Shown: positions 19,662-37,029 of the stretch, one piece after another
Position numbering within the stretch: the stretch's first letter is position 1
Layout of the letters: every line of letters starts with the position of its first letter
Source of the DNA: an uncultured Aquiluna sp.
Lineage (GTDB): Bacteria > Actinomycetota > Actinomycetes > Actinomycetales > Microbacteriaceae
Assembly (NCBI GenBank): GCA_964439375.1
Contig: CAYTOH010000001.1
Span: 1-48,136 of the forward strand
Direction of reading: 5' to 3'
DNA length: 48,136 nt
Made by a program: the position numbers and the translations under genes
The notes under the pieces: generated by a model
Seen by the model: only the letters and a program-made list of their open reading frames with translations
What the model was told of the DNA's origin: nothing
The model's database searches: none

Positions 19662-21694
19662 ATGAACTATCGATTCAGTAGCTCTATGCAGCAATCTGGT
19701 CTTTTCGAACTAGTTTATGCGGACCAGACAATCAGTTCGGGTATGCCTTTCGAAGTCGAGATTGAGGCAGGGTCAGTCGATTTTTCTGAGGACTTTGAGG
19801 TCGCAGCCACCCTCGGATCATTGAAGGCAAAAAATCTTCAACGTGGGGTGGAAGTCTCCTGGCAAAGGAGGCAGATTTCAGCAGGGCCAGTTTGGGAGCT
19901 TCAACTAGCCGTTCTTAACATCGGGAACTCACCGTTGAAGATGACGAGGCTTGATAGTGCGAGCCTAAGGCTTGGTGGAGGTCCTTGGCTCGTTGAATCC
20001 TTTGCCTCCGCTTGGGGCGACGAATTCAGGCCTCAAGCTGGGTCCACACGCCACGATTCCTTTTTTGACGTTAGGTCAGGCCGTTCCTCGCACGGTGAAG
20101 TGCCTCTTGTTTACTTCGTTCGCGAATCTGATGGCTTTACGGTCATTCTCTCTCCGGCATGGAGCGGAAACTGGCATGTTGACGTTTTTGCGGGCGGCTG
20201 GGTACGAGCCGGGATCTCAACGTGGAACTTTGAGGTTACGCTCCAACCTCAACAAAACATCGAAGCGCCAAGCGTTGTGTTGGCGGCCGGTTCCTCAAAA
20301 CTCGAAGCACAACAGTTTCTCCAGGAGGCGGTGAGGGATAACTGGCTGGCGCGCAGCGCATACTCAGACCAAGTTCCAATCGAATGGAATCACTGGTGGC
20401 CCTATGAAGATGTTGACGTCACAGAGGGAGTGATCCACGAGAATGTGTCGCTCGCGAAGCGAATGCCCATCGATGCAATCGTGGTGGACGCCGGCTGGTT
20501 CGGCTCTTCCGAGCTCGATACAAAGTGGGTTGACCTCCGAGGGGATTGGGCCAGCGTCAACCTAGCAAGATTTCCAGCGGGTCTTGAAGAACTTGGCGCA
20601 AGAATCCGAGAGTCTGGGATGGTCCCAGGCATTTGGATGGAAATCGAGGCGGTAGGGGCTAGCTCAAGGCTTCGGCAGGAAAGACCTGAAGTTCTCGCCA
20701 GAAACGACCTTGGGGATCGCCCCGATCCCTCTTACCGTGTTGGAACTGTTTCTCTCGACCCAGCTGACCCGGGGTTTTTGGGATACGTGTGCCTAGGCTC
20801 AGATTCTGGCTGGGAGCACTGTTTCAATTCAATTGAGAGCATCGTTGGGACCATGGGTGCCCGTTGGCTAAAAGTAGATTTCAACATTGACCCGGGCCGT
20901 GGCTGCACCAGAACGGACCATGGGCATGGGGAACAGGATGGCCTTTATTGGCACTATCAGGGTCTATATCGGCTGCTGGACAAGGTGAGGGATACTTTCC
21001 CAGATCTGCTGGTCGAAGCGTGTTCATCGGGTGGTTTACGAATAGATCTGGGCTTGGCTCGCCATGTGCACTGTTTTTTCTTGAGTGACCCCGACTACAC
21101 GGAGCATCACTTGGAGGCGCTTTGGGGTGCGTCTCAGATGCTTCCTCCTCTGGCAATCTTGCACTGGCCATGGTCCTGGTGGCGCAATGAGTATCAACCC
21201 TCGCAGTTGGACTGGCAGGCGGTCGACGCTGATACCTTTGACGTTATGGTCCGAGCAGCCATGCTCCACAGGATTGGCATTAGCTACCCGCTGCCCCTCA
21301 TGCCCGAGTTGCTTTCCGTCAGGCTGTCTCGACATTTGCAAGTTTATAAGCGGCATGTAGTGCCCATTCTGAAATCGGCAACCTTGCTACCGCTCACCAA
21401 ATCACCGACTCGTGCTGGGGGAGGCGTGCGGTTCCCCGCACTCCAACTGTCCTCAGTGATTGATGAAGATGAAGTGCACCTTGTGATGGCAGCGGGCCTT
21501 GATCCCGGGTCGCAACAAGGGGAGTTTGACATTCAAAGACTCCAGCCAGATTCTCTCTACCATGTCCTGGACACCGAGACCGAAGAATACGTTGAACTCC
21601 AAGGACGCGACATTTCATCCAAGGTGCTTGCCAAGCTAGCCGGTAACGCTCGGTCTTGGATTTGTGAGCTCAGGCGCAAGAAAGTGAACCACTG

Positions 21695-21695
<1 letters not shown>
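19662..21695 (+). CDS. GH36-family glycoside hydrolase (alpha-galactosidase-like)
   Basis: WSGNW, WNHW, VVDAGW, GDW, RFPAGL, PGIWMEIE, KVDFN (nucleophile), EACSSGGLRID, FLSD (acid/base). Confidence 0.85.
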
Positions 21696-28976
<7,281 letters not shown>

Positions 28977-28980
28977 CGCA

Positions 28981-29670
28981 ATGCAGCAGCAAAGCAAACG
29001 TACGGCTCTCGTCACTGGCGGAATGAGCGGATTGGGTCTTGCCTCGGCACTGCGCCTTAGGCAAGAGGGGGTAACGGTGTTCACAGCCGACGTTTCCCCT
29101 GGAGCTGATATTCAAATTGATGTGACAGATGAATTAGCAGTCTCCCAGCTACCAAAGAGTCTTCCACCAATTGACATACTCATAACCTCAGCGGGGATCG
29201 TGGGCCCAAACGTGCCACTGCTTGAGACAACGCAAGATCAGTGGCGTCATGTCTTTGCGGTGAATGTCCTTGGGACCCAGTCATTCATCAAGGCATTTGC
29301 GCCCCAGATGGTTGAACGCGGGTGGGGTCGAATTGTCACCCTTGCAAGCATGGCTGGGAAGGATGGCAACCCCAACCTATCGATCTACTCGGCTACAAAA
29401 GCGGCAGTTATCGCCATGACAAAGTCGGTAGGCAAGGAACTCGCCACCACAGGAGTACTGGTCAACTCAATTGCGCCTGCAGTGATTGAAACCCCGATGA
29501 ATGCCAATACTTCGGATGAGGTGCTAGCTCGACTAACATCGCTGATTCCAATGAAGCGGATAGGCAAGGCGGAAGAAGTTGCAGAACTTGTCGCCTGGTT
29601 GTGCTCAGACAAAGTCAGCTTCTCAACAGGCGCCGTCTATGACATCAGCGGGGGTCGGGCGACCTACTGA
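28981..29670 (+). CDS. SDR resembling 2-keto-3-deoxy-L-rhamnonate 4-dehydrogenase (LRA5-like)
   Basis: TGGMSGLG, ASMAGKDGNPN, YSATK, GKELA, C-terminal DISGGRATY match the LRA5-type SDR pattern as recalled; SD GAAAGG. Confidence 0.8.
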   Translation: MQQQSKRTALVTGGMSGLGLASALRLRQEGVTVFTADVSPGADIQIDVTDELAVSQLPKSLPPIDILITSAGIVGPNVPLLETTQDQWRHVFAVNVLGTQSFIKAFAPQMVERGWGRIVTLASMAGKDGNPNLSIYSATKAAVIAMTKSVGKELATTGVLVNSIAPAVIETPMNANTSDEVLARLTSLIPMKRIGKAEEVAELVAWLCSDKVSFSTGAVYDISGGRATY

Positions 29671-29672
29671 GG

Positions 29673-30767
29673 TCACGGGGCAATGTCTATCCAGTTGCCG
29701 CTCTCAGCTGAGATAAGGACTGCCTCTGTGAGCTGGGCGCTTCTCGCCCCATCCCGAAAAGTTGGCAACTCCATGGGAGCTTCACCATTTATGGCATGTC
29801 CGACATCCTTTACAAAACTTGTAAAGGCATCCATGTAACCCTCGGGGTGACCAGCGGGCAAACTGCTAAGCCGTCGAGCAGCTGATGAGAGTTGGTTCGG
29901 ATCTCTCATCAATTCAATGCTTCCAGACTGTTTGCCCACCCAGAGTTTTTCTGGATTTTCTTGCTCGAAACTCAGGGCTTCACTCGCGCCGTGGACTTCC
30001 AGTACCAGGGCATTCTTGCGGCCAGCTGCGACCTGGGAAACCAGCAGACTCGCAATTGCCCCGCCCTCAAGTTGAGCCAAAACCCCGGCGGAGTCCTCAG
30101 TTCTCACCTGCTGTTTCCCCCTGGTGGGATGGGCAGTCAGCAACGTTGATACCAGGCGACTAATGCGCTGGCCAGTCACAAACTCAACAAGGTCACAGAG
30201 ATGAATGCCGATATCGGCAAATGCCCGGGACGGTCCCCCTGATTCCGGACTAACTCTCCAATTGGAGTCCGATTGGTTTAGAAGCCAATCCTGAAGATAT
30301 GAACCTCTCACACCAAAAACGGGCCCTACCTGACCAGTTTCTACGCGATGTTTCGCTTCTCTGGCCATGGCGTGGTAGCGATAGACAAATGGAATTGCAC
30401 CGACCAATCCCAACTGCTCAGACCGGTCTGCAAGTCTATTTGCCTCTATGGCTGTTGGGGTCAGCGGTTTCTCGCAAACCACATTCTTGCCGGCCTCAAG
30501 GGCTTGAGAGACCAAATCACCGTGAGTGTTGTTTGGAGTTAGCACATGAACTAGGTTCACCGAAGGATCATCCAGTAGCTCAGTGATGCTCCTGAACACC
30601 CTGTCGATCCCAAGCGAGACAGCGGCCCTGGCGGAGGCTTCAGGGCTCGATGAAATAACTCCCGCAATTTCCATTCCCGCAGACCTCAGTGCTCTTGAGT
30701 GAACACTTCCCATAAAGCCAGCTCCAATTAGCGCTGCCCTGACCTTTTTGTTCGACCGGGAACTCAA
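29673..30767 (-). CDS. Gfo/Idh/MocA oxidoreductase
   Basis: IGAGFMG, CEKP, YLQDWL, NWR, FADIGIH, PAGHPEG. Confidence 0.9.
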   Translation of the reverse strand: MSSRSNKKVRAALIGAGFMGSVHSRALRSAGMEIAGVISSSPEASARAAVSLGIDRVFRSITELLDDPSVNLVHVLTPNNTHGDLVSQALEAGKNVVCEKPLTPTAIEANRLADRSEQLGLVGAIPFVYRYHAMAREAKHRVETGQVGPVFGVRGSYLQDWLLNQSDSNWRVSPESGGPSRAFADIGIHLCDLVEFVTGQRISRLVSTLLTAHPTRGKQQVRTEDSAGVLAQLEGGAIASLLVSQVAAGRKNALVLEVHGASEALSFEQENPEKLWVGKQSGSIELMRDPNQLSSAARRLSSLPAGHPEGYMDAFTSFVKDVGHAINGEAPMELPTFRDGARSAQLTEAVLISAESGNWIDIAP

Positions 30768-31867
30768 TTAGACACCGCCCAGGGATCAAACTCCTTGCCT
30801 ACGAGTGCGGGTTTCTCCGGACGAGAATTCACCAATTCTGTCCCGCCCTCAATGGCAGCCTTCTCTAGGGCTTGCATAACTTCAACTATGTGTCCCGCAA
30901 GATCGATGTTCGCTCTCGGTCTTCGGCCTTCTTGAATTGCGTTTGCCATATCAACGACTCCAAGTCCTCTATACATCACCTTGCCCTCCGCTGGAATTAG
31001 CAGAGGTTCAAAGGTTTTAGAGCCATGACGGTACAACTCGATGGTGCCTTCGAAACCATTAGGGTCAGGAATAACAATCGTCCCGAGTGATCCATGGATC
31101 TCAACAACGCCGGCCCTGATTTTTGCAGAGTCGAAGCTGAAGCTGCTCTGAGATACCGCTCCAGAAGCGAAGTCAATGAGAGCGACCACATTGGTTGGTA
31201 CCTCGACTGGGAAGTTCTCGCCGGCTCTGGGGCCTGATCCGATTGTTCTGAATTCGCGCCCCTTCGAAGATCGTGCCGTGACTTGACTCACAGGACCCAA
31301 AGCACAGACGAGTGCCGTCAAGTAGTACGGGCCCATGTCGAAGATTGGACCTCCGCCTTTGGCATACAAGAAATCAGGATTTGGGTGCCAGCTTTCTGGA
31401 CCAGGAACTTCAAATGCAGTGGTGGCTCCTAAAAGCTCGCCTATCTCGCCCGCTTGAATCAATCGCAAGCCTGTTTGAATTGCAGGCCCTAGGAATGTGT
31501 CAGGGGCACATCCAACCTCTAGTCCACTTGATGATGCCACTGCCTGAACTCTCGCAACAGAATCGGTATCCAGTGCCAATGGCTTTTCGCTCCAGACGTG
31601 CTTCCCGGCCTTCAAACAATTGATTGTTACGTCTTCATGCGCTCTGGGAATGGTGAGGTTCACCACTAGGTCGATGTCTTTTCGAGCTAAAAGCTCTTCA
31701 GGACTGCCAGAGCTAGCAATTGCGTATTGCTCGGCGCGCGCATGTGCTCGCCCAACATCAATGTCGGCGATCATTTCAACACTAACGGCGGGGGCTTTGG
31801 TGAGATTATCCAGATACTGCTCGCTGATTACCCCGGCACCAATGATGCCAATTCGAAATGCTGTCAT
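30764..31867 (-). CDS. Gfo/Idh/MocA oxidoreductase
   Basis: IIGAGVIS, NLTIP, SEKP, CAPDTFLG, WHPNPDF, GGGPIFDMGPYY. Confidence 0.9.
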   Translation of the reverse strand: MTAFRIGIIGAGVISEQYLDNLTKAPAVSVEMIADIDVGRAHARAEQYAIASSGSPEELLARKDIDLVVNLTIPRAHEDVTINCLKAGKHVWSEKPLALDTDSVARVQAVASSSGLEVGCAPDTFLGPAIQTGLRLIQAGEIGELLGATTAFEVPGPESWHPNPDFLYAKGGGPIFDMGPYYLTALVCALGPVSQVTARSSKGREFRTIGSGPRAGENFPVEVPTNVVALIDFASGAVSQSSFSFDSAKIRAGVVEIHGSLGTIVIPDPNGFEGTIELYRHGSKTFEPLLIPAEGKVMYRGLGVVDMANAIQEGRRPRANIDLAGHIVEVMQALEKAAIEGGTELVNSRPEKPALVGKEFDPWAVSN

Positions 31868-32607
31868 GCCTGGATTCCGTTCTGCTTCAAAAACTCCAGA
31901 GACTGTCCAATACCCTCAAACAAATCCCCCGTATACTCGTCAAACTCAACAACCAACCTGGCTAGCGCAGCCTCTGAAATGCTCGGCAATAGCCTCACAT
32001 CTCCCTGGCCAAGGGGCACCTGGCCTGAGACGCCTAGTCCTCGCACCGCATCCTTAACGTGTAGAGCAGCGACCCGGTCACCTAGCGATCGCACTATTTC
32101 CAAAGGGTTTGCCCCTCCCTGTTCGCACCAAAAAAGATCAACTTCAAACCTCACGGCCGAGTCGGTTTCATCGGCGAGCGCGATTAGAGCAGGAACGCCA
32201 TCAATTTCATTGCGAATCTCATGATCGTGGTTGTGATATCCCACCGAAACATGTTCCTTCTGGCAGAGTTGTGAGGCTTCGGACAGCTGGTCTGCTAAGC
32301 GCCTAAGTTCAGATCTGCTCCGAAACATGGACTCTGGCTGATATGGGTCGATGAGAAGCTGTGTACCAATCTCAAGTGCAGCCTCTAAAGCCTTTGCTGG
32401 GTTCTCCAGCAGGCTAGAGTGCGCGGTAGGCGCGCTAAGTCCAGCCTGAGCTAAGCCGCTCTTGAGTTTGGCCACGTCGTTCGGGAGGCCGAAAGGCTCA
32501 ACCGCTGAAAACCCAAGTCTCGAAAGCTTTTCCAAGGTGGAGTTCAAGTCGGCGGCCAAGTGCTCCCTCACCGAATAGAGCTGTACTGATACTTGGGGTC
32601 TTGACAC
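31864..32607 (-). CDS. Sugar phosphate isomerase/epimerase (TIM barrel)
   Basis: SVQLYSVR, GYHNHDHE, FEVDLFW, LHVKD, VVEFD; SD AAGGAGG. Confidence 0.88.
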   Translation of the reverse strand: MSRPQVSVQLYSVREHLAADLNSTLEKLSRLGFSAVEPFGLPNDVAKLKSGLAQAGLSAPTAHSSLLENPAKALEAALEIGTQLLIDPYQPESMFRSRSELRRLADQLSEASQLCQKEHVSVGYHNHDHEIRNEIDGVPALIALADETDSAVRFEVDLFWCEQGGANPLEIVRSLGDRVAALHVKDAVRGLGVSGQVPLGQGDVRLLPSISEAALARLVVEFDEYTGDLFEGIGQSLEFLKQNGIQA

Positions 32608-32637
32608 GTTGGTGCCTCCTTGCTGCCACTGCTCTAA

Positions 32638-32648
32638 TTGTATGATGA
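32638..32648. promoter_or_regulatory. Candidate FadR operator TTGTATGATGA overlapping a minus-strand -10 (TACAAT)
   Basis: GT-ATG-AT core; the minus strand reads TTGACA-N15-TACAAT upstream of 32607. Confidence 0.5.
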
Positions 32649-32684
32649 TTATCGGTATGTCAACCGAAACAAGTAAGTACGCCG

Positions 32685-34487
32685 CTAACTAGGCACAACG
32701 CTAAACAAGAAACCTCTCGGACGTGAAAAATCAAGGGCTAGTCCAGAGGCGAGCTCCGCGGCTTCGTACCTTTGAGTTTCTCCAGTGAGCTCATCTCGGA
32801 CAGTTGCTGAGCCTTGGTGCTTGGGGAACCAATGAACGGAGAGGTCGGCGAAGGGTTCGGTCGATACGCATGCCATAAGTTCAGTTCCACTTGGGTGCTG
32901 GAATGAAATGGCTAACACCTCCTGATCCGCCCTCCATCGAGAATCTGGTTGCCAGCCTCGCAATTCAGTCCAATTGACCGCACCCTCTGGAAAGAGCGGC
33001 CTAAATCTCTTGTAGGTGTCCATAACTTTCTTGGCAAGGTCGAGCTTTTCTGCGGACCAGTTAGGAATGTCGCCCATCAGAATCCAGGGCCCGCCAACGG
33101 CATAGATGGCCAGCTGCGAACTCAGCGGCAACTGATTCTGGTCCGACTGGTAGCTTGAACACCAGTGGGCGGGAAGGAACTGGCCCAGCCCCACCTTCGC
33201 CACCGCGTTGTGTCGGACGTCACACCAGTCATCACCAATGGTTGTGTCATGGTGGGCTACCATCTGAAGGTCTAAAGTCCGCCCGCCATTCCAACAGTTT
33301 TCAATCCAAAGCTGTGGGTGTTCGGTTCTGATTCGACTAAGTAGTTGATACCACCCGCGCACTGCCCAGTCTTCGCCCAATCCAGCTGGATGGTCATGGT
33401 GATCACTGTCACACCGACTAATCGTTTCAAAATCATGGAGCAACCAAGAGACACCGTCTCTGGCAAGGTTCGCAACTGACTGGGAGAGGTACTCGATAAC
33501 TGGTCCATGTCCTAGACACAGCGACTTAGTTCTGTGAGAAACCTTCTGACGCTTTCCTCGCCAAGTTGCCAGCCAATCTGGGTGCGCTTGAGCCACATCT
33601 GAGAGGGGGTCAGCATTTCCCAAGCTAGCCCAGAGGCCCAGACGAGCACCTCGTTCCGAAGCGATTTCTGAAAGACCAGCAACGCCACCGGGAAAGTTAT
33701 CCCCTGTCACCCAATCGCCAACACTCTTTTCCCAACCTTTATCAACCGTGACAATCTCTATTCCTAGTTCTTGGGCGGTGTTAGCAACCGAAGTGACAAG
33801 ATTTTGGTCGACGTGAGTGCCAAAGCCCCAGGTATCAACAATTAGAGGAGCGTTGTAGTTTCGCGCGCGTTGCGGCATTGCCTGCACGATGATTTCACGC
33901 AGAGCTGCCTGGCCAACTCGGTGACCACCACTGCCTCTACGGACCTGCATTTGTGGAGTATCGATTAAGTCGGAGCAGGCTGCGATGGGATATATCTGCT
34001 TCGGCAAAACTAGTGACACCGCCAAAACTTCATTGCAGAGAGTCACCAGAACTAGCTGGGTGTTGCTTTTTTCCAAGGCAAATGCGACATAGCGTTCTTG
34101 ACCGTCCTCACCCAATCCCGAGACTGTAAACCAGCCCGCCGCATCCTGATACCGATCCCCGGAAACTGCAGGCTCCCCAGCAATTGTGTAGAGCACCCCG
34201 TCAAAACCTTCTGCTTCTGGGAAGCCGACATCATGCTCGGGGTCGGTATTCCAGGCAGCGGCGTCAGAGGTCGCATAGGGACCGCAGACCAAAATCGAGG
34301 GATTGGCATTTGTAAGGTCACAATCAAGCAACTCAAAAGCTCGTTCTTTGGCGTCCCAACTGAATGGTCTCAAGATGCGAAGCGACGCACTGGCCCAACC
34401 ATTCTCAGTCCATGACTGGGCGATAACCCCCAGATCAACCCCATCCACAGTTGCCACATCCAGGGGTACTGAGTCATTCTTGGGCAC
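32685..34487 (-). CDS. Divergent GH36-like (clan GH-D) glycoside hydrolase
   Basis: Start set at GTG 34487 (SD GAGGGG). DTWG, VDKGW, VGDW, FPGG, LGLW, HPDW, LHDF, IENCWNGG, IGDD correspond to GH36 barrel motifs with substitutions. Confidence 0.7.
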   Translation of the reverse strand: MPKNDSVPLDVATVDGVDLGVIAQSWTENGWASASLRILRPFSWDAKERAFELLDCDLTNANPSILVCGPYATSDAAAWNTDPEHDVGFPEAEGFDGVLYTIAGEPAVSGDRYQDAAGWFTVSGLGEDGQERYVAFALEKSNTQLVLVTLCNEVLAVSLVLPKQIYPIAACSDLIDTPQMQVRRGSGGHRVGQAALREIIVQAMPQRARNYNAPLIVDTWGFGTHVDQNLVTSVANTAQELGIEIVTVDKGWEKSVGDWVTGDNFPGGVAGLSEIASERGARLGLWASLGNADPLSDVAQAHPDWLATWRGKRQKVSHRTKSLCLGHGPVIEYLSQSVANLARDGVSWLLHDFETISRCDSDHHDHPAGLGEDWAVRGWYQLLSRIRTEHPQLWIENCWNGGRTLDLQMVAHHDTTIGDDWCDVRHNAVAKVGLGQFLPAHWCSSYQSDQNQLPLSSQLAIYAVGGPWILMGDIPNWSAEKLDLAKKVMDTYKRFRPLFPEGAVNWTELRGWQPDSRWRADQEVLAISFQHPSGTELMACVSTEPFADLSVHWFPKHQGSATVRDELTGETQRYEAAELASGLALDFSRPRGFLFSVVPS

Positions 34488-34510
34488 TTTGCAAACCCCC
34501 TCTTCCCATT

Positions 34511-34521
34511 TGGTCATACGA
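34511..34521. promoter_or_regulatory. Candidate FadR operator TGGTCATACGA
   Basis: TGGT-N3-AC pattern in the divergent region; 10/11 identical to the 8664 site. A second TGGT-TGTT-ACCA dyad lies at 34546-34557. Confidence 0.55.
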
Positions 34522-34589
34522 TACGCTTTTTGCCAAGCAAAAGAATGGTTGTTACCAATCTGTAGCTTCAAACTGCAATCTAGGGAGAT

Positions 34590-36014
34590 ATGGCGGAGTA
34601 CCCTGACGCAGACATACTCTCGGGCGAGAGCGTGCTTCAGGCTGTCCAGATTCTCCCTCTGGATGATCCAATTTTTGACCCGCGATCAAGACCAACCGTT
34701 GAAACTGCTCTGCGGCTCATTACCGGCCAGGTTGGAAAATGGACGGTGCCCTTTGCCTCCGCTACTTTTGAGCATCACCGAGAAACGCAAGACCAAGGCC
34801 TTTTCAGGTGCCTCTTTGGCAGGGACTCCCTAGTAATCTGCTCACTCTTAGGCCCCCGATGGAGCTCTCTGGAACGCAACGTTTTGCTTGCGCTAGGAGA
34901 GCATCAAGGAAGTAGACATAACCCGGCGTCCGAGGAGGAAGTAGGTCGAATTCCTCATGAGATTCGAGAGAAAAACGATCCTCAAGCCCTAAGGATTACC
35001 GTTGAAAGCGGCTGGGAGTTCCCTTACTACGGTTCTATCGACGCCACACTACTTTGGCTGAGCGCATTGGAGAAACTCTCGCGTATGGATGCGAGTTGCC
35101 TAGATTACAAAGTGAACGGCGAGTCACTTGGATCGCGAGCTGAGCGCGCAACTCAGTGGCTCGTGGAGGGGATTGTCACCGGTGGCGGCGTGCTAAGGAG
35201 CCACAGAAGCAATGTCAAGGGAATCCTAAATCAAGTTTGGAAGGATTCGGGTGACTCATACCTAACCCAATCCGGAGACATTGCGCTCGAACCAGGCACC
35301 GCCTCGATTGAAACAATTGGCGAGAGTTTTGATGCTTTGAATGCGTCCGCAAAGTTGGCCGCGCGCTCCCCGAAGCCGTGGGCGTTATCTCCGAGCCAAC
35401 TTAGGAGCGTTGCTCTTGCCCTAAGAGCAACGGCGCTAGACGATTGGTGGTTGGGTGATCGCTTTGCTATGGGGTCGGGGAGAGTCAATGGTAAGGAAGC
35501 CCGACTAGATGCCATTGCGAGCAACCAGTGGCGACTTCTCGACTCAACGCTTCTCGATGGGCCTGAATTCGCCGACTACCGAGGTGCTCTGATTGACAGC
35601 GTCTGTGACCCTTCGATGCTTGGCCCCAATGGCGTAAGAACACTGGCTAGCTCGAACCGCAGGTATCGGCCAGCTGGCTATCACACTGGCAGTAGCTGGC
35701 CTGTCGACTCTGCTCTAATTGTCAGAGGCCTGATTCGCCACGGGGCTATTTCGGAGGCCGCGGAGATAGCTTCGAGAACTCTATCTGCTGTAGAGGGCGT
35801 GGGTGCTTACCCTGAACTTTTTCGATCCGATCACGAAGAACGCGCTGGGGTGAGCCGTTTCATAATTGACGTTTGGGATCCTGATTTGAACGCTTCTAAC
35901 CGAGTCTCTCAGCCCCCTCAGCTGATTCAAGGATGGACAGTCGCGGCTTATGACTATCTCGACCGACAACGCGAACGGCTTGGTCTCGACCACCTCAGTC
36001 CGAATACGCCTTGA
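34590..36014 (+). CDS. Amylo-alpha-1,6-glucosidase-like (alpha/alpha)6 glycoside hydrolase
   Basis: LFGRDS, GRIPHE, YYGSIDAT, NQVWKDSGDS, YHTGSSWP, PELF, QGWT; SD GGGAG. Confidence 0.8.
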   Translation: MAEYPDADILSGESVLQAVQILPLDDPIFDPRSRPTVETALRLITGQVGKWTVPFASATFEHHRETQDQGLFRCLFGRDSLVICSLLGPRWSSLERNVLLALGEHQGSRHNPASEEEVGRIPHEIREKNDPQALRITVESGWEFPYYGSIDATLLWLSALEKLSRMDASCLDYKVNGESLGSRAERATQWLVEGIVTGGGVLRSHRSNVKGILNQVWKDSGDSYLTQSGDIALEPGTASIETIGESFDALNASAKLAARSPKPWALSPSQLRSVALALRATALDDWWLGDRFAMGSGRVNGKEARLDAIASNQWRLLDSTLLDGPEFADYRGALIDSVCDPSMLGPNGVRTLASSNRRYRPAGYHTGSSWPVDSALIVRGLIRHGAISEAAEIASRTLSAVEGVGAYPELFRSDHEERAGVSRFIIDVWDPDLNASNRVSQPPQLIQGWTVAAYDYLDRQRERLGLDHLSPNTP

Positions 36015-36858
36015 CCCGCTGCGTCTGAACTCCAAGTCCCTCTATGTGAAGCTCCATCACATCGCCATCGCTGAGATACAGGGGGGGCTTTTGGCCGAGC
36101 CCTACCCCTGGAGGGGTGCCGGTGTTGATTAGATCTCCAGGCTCTAGCACCATGAACTGACTCAGGTAGTAGATCAGAAAGTCAGGCTGGTAAACCATCT
36201 GTGCAGTACTGCTGTTTTGCATTAGCTTGCCATTGAGCTTCATGGTCATCGTAAGGTTCATGGGATCAGAAATCTCGGCGGGAGTCACAAGCCAAGGCCC
36301 AGCTGGGTTGAAAGTCTCACAACTCTTTCCCTTGGACCACTGTCCCTGCCGCTCAAGCTGGAACTCTCGTTCACTAATGTCATTGCAAAGCACGTAACCT
36401 GCAATATGCTCTTTGGCGGCCTCCGGGCTTTTCAGGTACCTCGCACGCTTCCCTATGACAACGCCTAGCTCGACCTCCCAGTCCGTTTTCTTGGATCCCT
36501 TGGGGATCATCACCTGATCATTTGGTCCGACTAACGTGTTAGGGGCTTTAGTAAAGATGATCGGCTCTGGAGGCACCTCCGCACCGGATTCTTTTGCGTG
36601 ATCGGCGTAGTTCAACCCGATGCAAATGATTTGGTGAGGCCGGGCGAAAGGTGCCGCAATCCGCACGTTCCCGATTGGCAGCACCCTGTTGTCCCGAACT
36701 CTTTCAGAAAAGGCTGCAATCAGTTGATCAAGGTTGCCCTGCTCAAAAAATCTCTCATCATAATCAGAAATCAGGTCAGAAACATCAACGTAATGGTTGT
36801 CGTCGACCGCAATTGCCGGCTTTTCATGTCCTGGGGCACCTACCCGCATTAGCTTCAT
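35995..36858 (-). CDS. Fumarylacetoacetate-hydrolase family protein (LRA6-like 2,4-diketo-3-deoxy acid hydrolase)
   Basis: MKLMRVGAPGHEKP, CIGLNYADH, TDWEVELG, NDISER, QWSKGK, TGTPPGVG. Confidence 0.85.
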   Translation of the reverse strand: MKLMRVGAPGHEKPAIAVDDNHYVDVSDLISDYDERFFEQGNLDQLIAAFSERVRDNRVLPIGNVRIAAPFARPHQIICIGLNYADHAKESGAEVPPEPIIFTKAPNTLVGPNDQVMIPKGSKKTDWEVELGVVIGKRARYLKSPEAAKEHIAGYVLCNDISEREFQLERQGQWSKGKSCETFNPAGPWLVTPAEISDPMNLTMTMKLNGKLMQNSSTAQMVYQPDFLIYYLSQFMVLEPGDLINTGTPPGVGLGQKPPLYLSDGDVMELHIEGLGVQTQRVKAYSD

Positions 36859-36932
36859 TGAAAAACTCGCCTTCATGCTCGTTATCGGCTAGCAAACTTG
36901 ACTAGCCACAGTTTATCTTGACGTTTTGCTAA

Positions 36933-36943
36933 TGGTATGACAA
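36933..36943. promoter_or_regulatory. Candidate FadR operator TGGTATGACAA
   Basis: TGGT-ATG-ACAA in the FAH/oxidase divergent region. Confidence 0.55.
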
Positions 36944-37029
36944 AAAGAACTTCACTTGCCTGCGCCTTGATGGAAGGGATGTTAGCCTCCTCGAGAGAGC
37001 TGTCTAATCTTGATCCGTGGAGACGAACA

